A stretch of DNA of 56,832 nt, the filler included, from Streblomastix strix (taxonomy: Eukaryota), in NCBI GenBank assembly GCA_008636045.1. It is 3 parts of 3 records of this genome, joined end to end, with 100 filler letters (N's around TTAATTAATTAA, not from the genome) between each part and the next. Parts side by side here need not be neighbours in the genome. Positions count along the whole stretch, not along the records: positions 37,957 to 56,832 come from SNRW01000567.1; 2 more parts are not named here. One strand, written 5' to 3'. Position 1 is the stretch's first letter. Every line of letters begins with the position of its first letter. This document shows positions 52,027 to 56,832 of the stretch, in pieces. Under the pieces are notes generated by a model that made no database searches, was not told the DNA's origin, and saw only the letters and a program-made list of their open reading frames with translations. The translations under genes and the position numbers were made by a program.

Positions 52027-55000
52027 TCAATAATTGTTATTGTTATCTCTCATTAAAATTTATTGAATTTCATCATATTGTGGAATTTGGTTGATGGAAT
52101 GTATTTAAGGACATTTATTATTCCCATCAATTGTATCAGAAGAAGATTGAAATTGTGCATTTTGATTAAGATAAGAATTGATAGAAGGATCAAATGAATC
52201 ATTTGATGATTAAAGCATATCTTAATTGAACTATGATTTACTATTCAATAAAGATTAATTGGGATATTTGTGACTTTATTAGATTTGCTTGGAATTTGGT
52301 TTAATTTTTTGCTGTAATACTTCATTTGTATTCCAATTATCTGGAGCTTTCAAAATTCTTTTCTTTATTAAATCAATATTAACTTCTTTATTTAATTCTT
52401 CATCTTTTTATTAAAATTATTATTGTTATGAATTAATGAATTATTATTCTTAATACACTTACTATTATTATAAATGAGGATTAATGAGCTGATCAGATTA
52501 AATAAAAGAAATTGGAGAAGGAGATTAGAAATCATTTAGATGAATATTTTTATTAATATCAATATCATTATTATAGCAATTATTATTATTGATGATATTA
52601 GAATAAGAATTTATGATTGGTTCTGGTTATTCAAATTGTATTAATTATTCATTTTCTTTATTTTATATTTATTTGATTTGTTATTAAATATTAGTTTAAT
52701 GATAAACTGAATTAATTGTTTAATTCTAATTATATAGATTTATGAATTTATTTGAATCATTTTCATCATATAACTTAGAAATGTTCATTTATTAAGAATT
52801 AAGATTATTATTATTATTGATTGATTTATGATCAGAAATTTAAGTTAAATTTGATAAGCCATAAGAAGCATTATTATCATTTATTATATTAATTAATGAA
52901 GAAGGCAAAATTTAATCCTGTTTATATTTAGTAAATTCAGATGTTTCTTATTATGTTTTATTTATAAAAGTTTTTGTATCATTTTCTATTTTATTATGAT
53001 CTTATTTAATATCCAATTATTTCTCAATATTTTTAATATTCTTTTCATTAATTAATTTATAATCTGATTAAAAAGGAGGAGGAGGAGGTAATTATGGATG
53101 TTTATTATGTGATAGACTTGGATATTATGGAAGTGAAACAATTGATAAATGAGGAATTGAATTTATTATTGGAGATTAATTTGTATCTGTTGAACTGATG
53201 GTATTAAGTTTCAATTATTAAATTTCAGATCTGATTGGTTATATTTTAGTTGGAAATGGTGGTACATTAGCATATTAATTATTTATTGATTAATAACGTG
53301 ATTATTTAGTTAAATAATTAATATCTTCTAATAAAATATCATTTGGTTCATTTTAATGAGAAAAATTAAATAAATTTGTAGAATGGATAAATTAAGAATC
53401 TTCTAAAGAAAAAGAAGAAGAAGAAGAAGATGAAGGAACATTTATAATCTAAGATTAATTTGGTTATTGAAGTTTGGAATCATTAATAAGGGAAGAAGAA
53501 TTAATTATTTGTGATGAAGATGTTTTAGTTTCTGAATAATCCTTCTTATTTTGATTAGATATTTATGATTCATATTATTTGGGTATAACTTTAACCATCA
53601 ACTTCTTTCTATTCAATTCATCAACATTAATAGGTTCTAATATATTAACACGAATAGTTGATGAAATATGTGGAATTTATGGAATATTTAATATGGGCTG
53701 AGTAGATTATTATTCTAATTACTTTTATTATTACAAAAGAAATTATTTATAAGAAATTTATTTTTTATTTCTATTTTTCTTTGAAGATGGATAATTATTA
53801 TTGAATTATGATGTTTCTTAAGTATTGGAAGTATTTAATATATTTGATAATTAAGATGGTTTAGTTTGAATAAGTGGATTTGATGCTTATAATTACATTG
53901 AATTGTTGAATTAAGGAGAAGAATTGCTTTATGAAGAAACAAGAATATTTGATTGGGTTGGAGGAACATAATTAAATGATGAATTTGAATTAAATTATTG
54001 TTATTGAATATTTGGAGGAATTTTAGAGTTTTTGTTGGGCATTTATTAAGAAATTAAATTAGATGTTTTTTGTTTCAGAAGTTTATCTGGATTTATTAAT
54101 GGTGATATTTATTATTCATTGATTAGTTACATTGATGGATTTGAAGGAAATGATGAAGATAATAATTGAGTAATTGGTTATATTTATAATTATTATTTTC
54201 TTTATTATACAATTTACGATTGAGAATTTTAATTTTGTTTAGATTAAACTATTTATTTATCTTATTATAAAGAATGATTTAATTATCATTTATTGTTTTA
54301 ACCAATTTCTTTTTCATGAATTTCTTTGTTTGTCCATTTCAAGTTATTGAATTCAAGTATTTCTTTAGATATTTATTCAATATTCGCATTTTCATATCTA
54401 TTTATTGAGCAATATCTATTATCCTCTAAAAGTTTACGATGTTCAACATTGCATTTGATATTATCAATCTGGATTGTTTTCATTGGTGAATATTCCATAA
54501 ATCATAATGCAGACTGACATTAAGAATATATATTGAAGGGAAAGAATATATAAATAAGAATATTGTAAATGGAATAAAAGAATGATCAATAAATTAAAAT
54601 AAAAGATTTCATGTTCATACAATCTGTCCACTTGCTGTATTATTATAATAAACAAATACTTCTCCAAAAAAGTTATTCCAATTGTCTCTTATAAATTCAA
54701 CACGTTTAACATCACCATATTCTGAAAATGTCTAAATAAGGCTCGTTTAATTCACTACATTTCCAGATCTATTATTATCTTCTTTAGAGAACTTCACACT
54801 GAGGCAATTGTTCAATATCTTTGAATCTGCCCATAAAACACATATTTTAGATCCTCCTTCTCCTGTAAATCTTCGAGAAAGACCAGATTTTGCTGATTCT
54901 GCATCAACTCTTCTTTTGTATTCAATAAATAGAGTTTTCCCTCCTTTAATTAGTGCAGTCTCCAATTATACAATCTTTCCATATTAACTGAATAATAATA

Positions 55001-55521
55001 CAATATAATATTCAATACATTAATAGAAACTAATAATCTCATTAAGAATAATGAAGAATTAAACAAACCAAGCTTCTTCTGCCATCTTATCAATTGAGAT
55101 CTTTCGATCAATACTATAAACAACTAAACTCGAATTTCTTTGTCCTTTCTCCAACCATAGATGAGAATTTCCAAGATCTATAACTTATCCTTATTCAAGT
55201 ACATGTTCTACTTCTCCATATGAAGAATATACAGCAAATGCAAATCCTTTTTAATATCCAGATTATGGATCAAATTTGAGAAGGATCTTTTCAAGCTCTC
55301 CACGCTGTGATAAAATGCTCCAAATCTCTTCATCAGTAAAGAGCCACATCTTTCCAAGCACATATATACATCCTACATAAGAATTAGTTCAACATACAAA
55401 CAGAATAAGTGAATATAGAAAAAAAAAGGAAATACAAACTATTTGTCTCTTCATCGCTCAATCCTGGATTTACTTTATGTCCAGTAAAGCATATAACACG
55501 CTCTGAAGTTGATATATTCAT
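52027..55521 (-). CDS. RRM RNA-binding protein with long Q/N/S/P-rich low-complexity C-terminus
   Basis: SGYQKGFAFAVY (RNP1), TLFIEYKRRVDAESAK and FSEYGDVKRV, followed by a ~2.5-kb final exon. Start codon uncertain. Confidence 0.78.
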
Positions 55522-56191
55522 ACTTGGCGAAGAAACTGAAGAATTTATATTCAAAATAATATATTTATATATATTAAACTTAAAGATTATGATAAACTTA
55601 AGGACGTTAAAAAATAGATATTGTGAATTAAATGCCAGAAAGATAATATTATAATAATATTGTGTATTAATATATTTATATTGCATTTTTGATGTTAAAT
55701 ACGATATGTAAACACAAAGATATGGCGAGTTGCGATTATATTTTTTTCTTTCTCTTCGCATGCACTGTCATGTTAAATGCAACATTAATAATAAATATAT
55801 TATTGATATAATTTGATATGTTGTATGTTCATACATAAAAATAGTTTGCACTGGCGTAGAAGCGGAAAAATGAAATAAACAGAAAATATTTTTAGTTCGT
55901 ACAAAAAACGAAAAATAGCAGTTAAATATTAAAATTATGTCAAGTTATTTTGCATTATTCATAAAGATTTGTGAATTGATAAAAATAAACAAGAAAAATT
56001 AACTGAAAATTATATAAAAAATTAATAAATAGTAAAAAAATTGCCATTTACTCAACCACCTAAAAAAATTACTTGTATTCAAATTATAAAATGTTTCATC
56101 AATCATATTCTTAGATCATTTTCTACAGAATATTGATATTATTCAATTTATTCACTATTTTCTTAATCATACTCTTTTTCAGAATTTGGAA

Positions 56192-56621
56192 CACCACCTG
56201 TAATAAGGCGAGCTGACCTCTTTATTGCACATAGGCTCACTCAATGGGGCCCAGACCGTTCAAAAATGACGTGTTATTAATAAACAATAAACAAAATAAC
56301 ATATTGCAACTGTTTCAACATGAAACATTGCAATCCCTTGGTTCCTTATTTTGTTTTCTTCAGTCTTCTGATGCGTTTCTTCATATTGATCCCACTGGGA
56401 CACATTTCGCATCCGGTTCAGCTCGTCTTATTCAACTTATTTCACTTCCATCTTTTCGCTGGCCTCTGCATCCTCTCTTATTCCTCAAGGGATGGCAACG
56501 CAGTTGCGAAGGGTGGGAGAGGTCAGCTCGCCTTATTACAGGTGGTGATCCATAACCCTCATTACTTTCGGATTATGTCACCCACCTTTCATAAGGCGAG
56601 CTGACCTCTTTATTGCACATA
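56192..56621. mobile_element. GC-richer element with 30-bp inverted repeats plus a third direct copy
   Basis: caccacctgtaataaggcgagctgacctct at 56192-56221, its reverse complement at 56518-56547, and a 31-bp direct repeat of 56203-56233 at 56591-56621. Confidence 0.75.
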
Positions 56622-56832
56622 TAATATTTAAAGAATGAATATATTATATTATATAGTTTATTTAAGTGTATGATTTGTAATTCTCATTGGTTTTATATAT
56701 ATATGGCTTCCGGCCTCGTTAAAACCCCCCTTTGGGAGGAAAGAGTACCGGGTGAATAATATTCTCTCTGGTTTAATTTTGTATTTAGTAATGTGTTTGA
56801 TATATGTTTATATATTTCTTTCTCATTTCATA

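Noticed and set aside
56203..56621. 31-bp direct repeats as a CRISPR array
   Set aside because: Only two direct copies ~390 bp apart plus one inverted copy; eukaryotic context; no cas genes.

Overview
AT-rich eukaryotic sequence made of three unrelated ~18.9-kb contigs (1-18879, 18980-37856, 37957-56832) joined by artificial N/TTAATTAATTAA linkers. Genes read only if TAA/TAG = Gln and TGA is the sole stop (ciliate-type code 6), so the supplied ORF track badly fragments them. The code, short GT-AG introns and gene style suggest an oxymonad such as Streblomastix (inference). Contigs 1 and 2 each carry a different, partly decayed endogenous Polinton/Maverick-like virus. Between them they encode a family-B DNA polymerase with an internal CxxC/HNH-like nuclease domain, an rve integrase, an AEP primase-SF3 helicase, an A32-like packaging ATPase, a ~660-aa putative major capsid protein, a tiny MG-start amphipathic peptide resembling the adenovirus protein VI lytic helix, modular phage-tail-fibre-like proteins with HxH repeats and variable tips, and an HNH homing endonuclease. 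Host genes include an MFS sugar transporter, a protein kinase with helical repeats, an intron-containing class II (B12-dependent) ribonucleotide reductase, a MATE transporter and an RRM protein. There are also a dead pogo-like transposase, a UBA1 fragment and several inverted-repeat elements.
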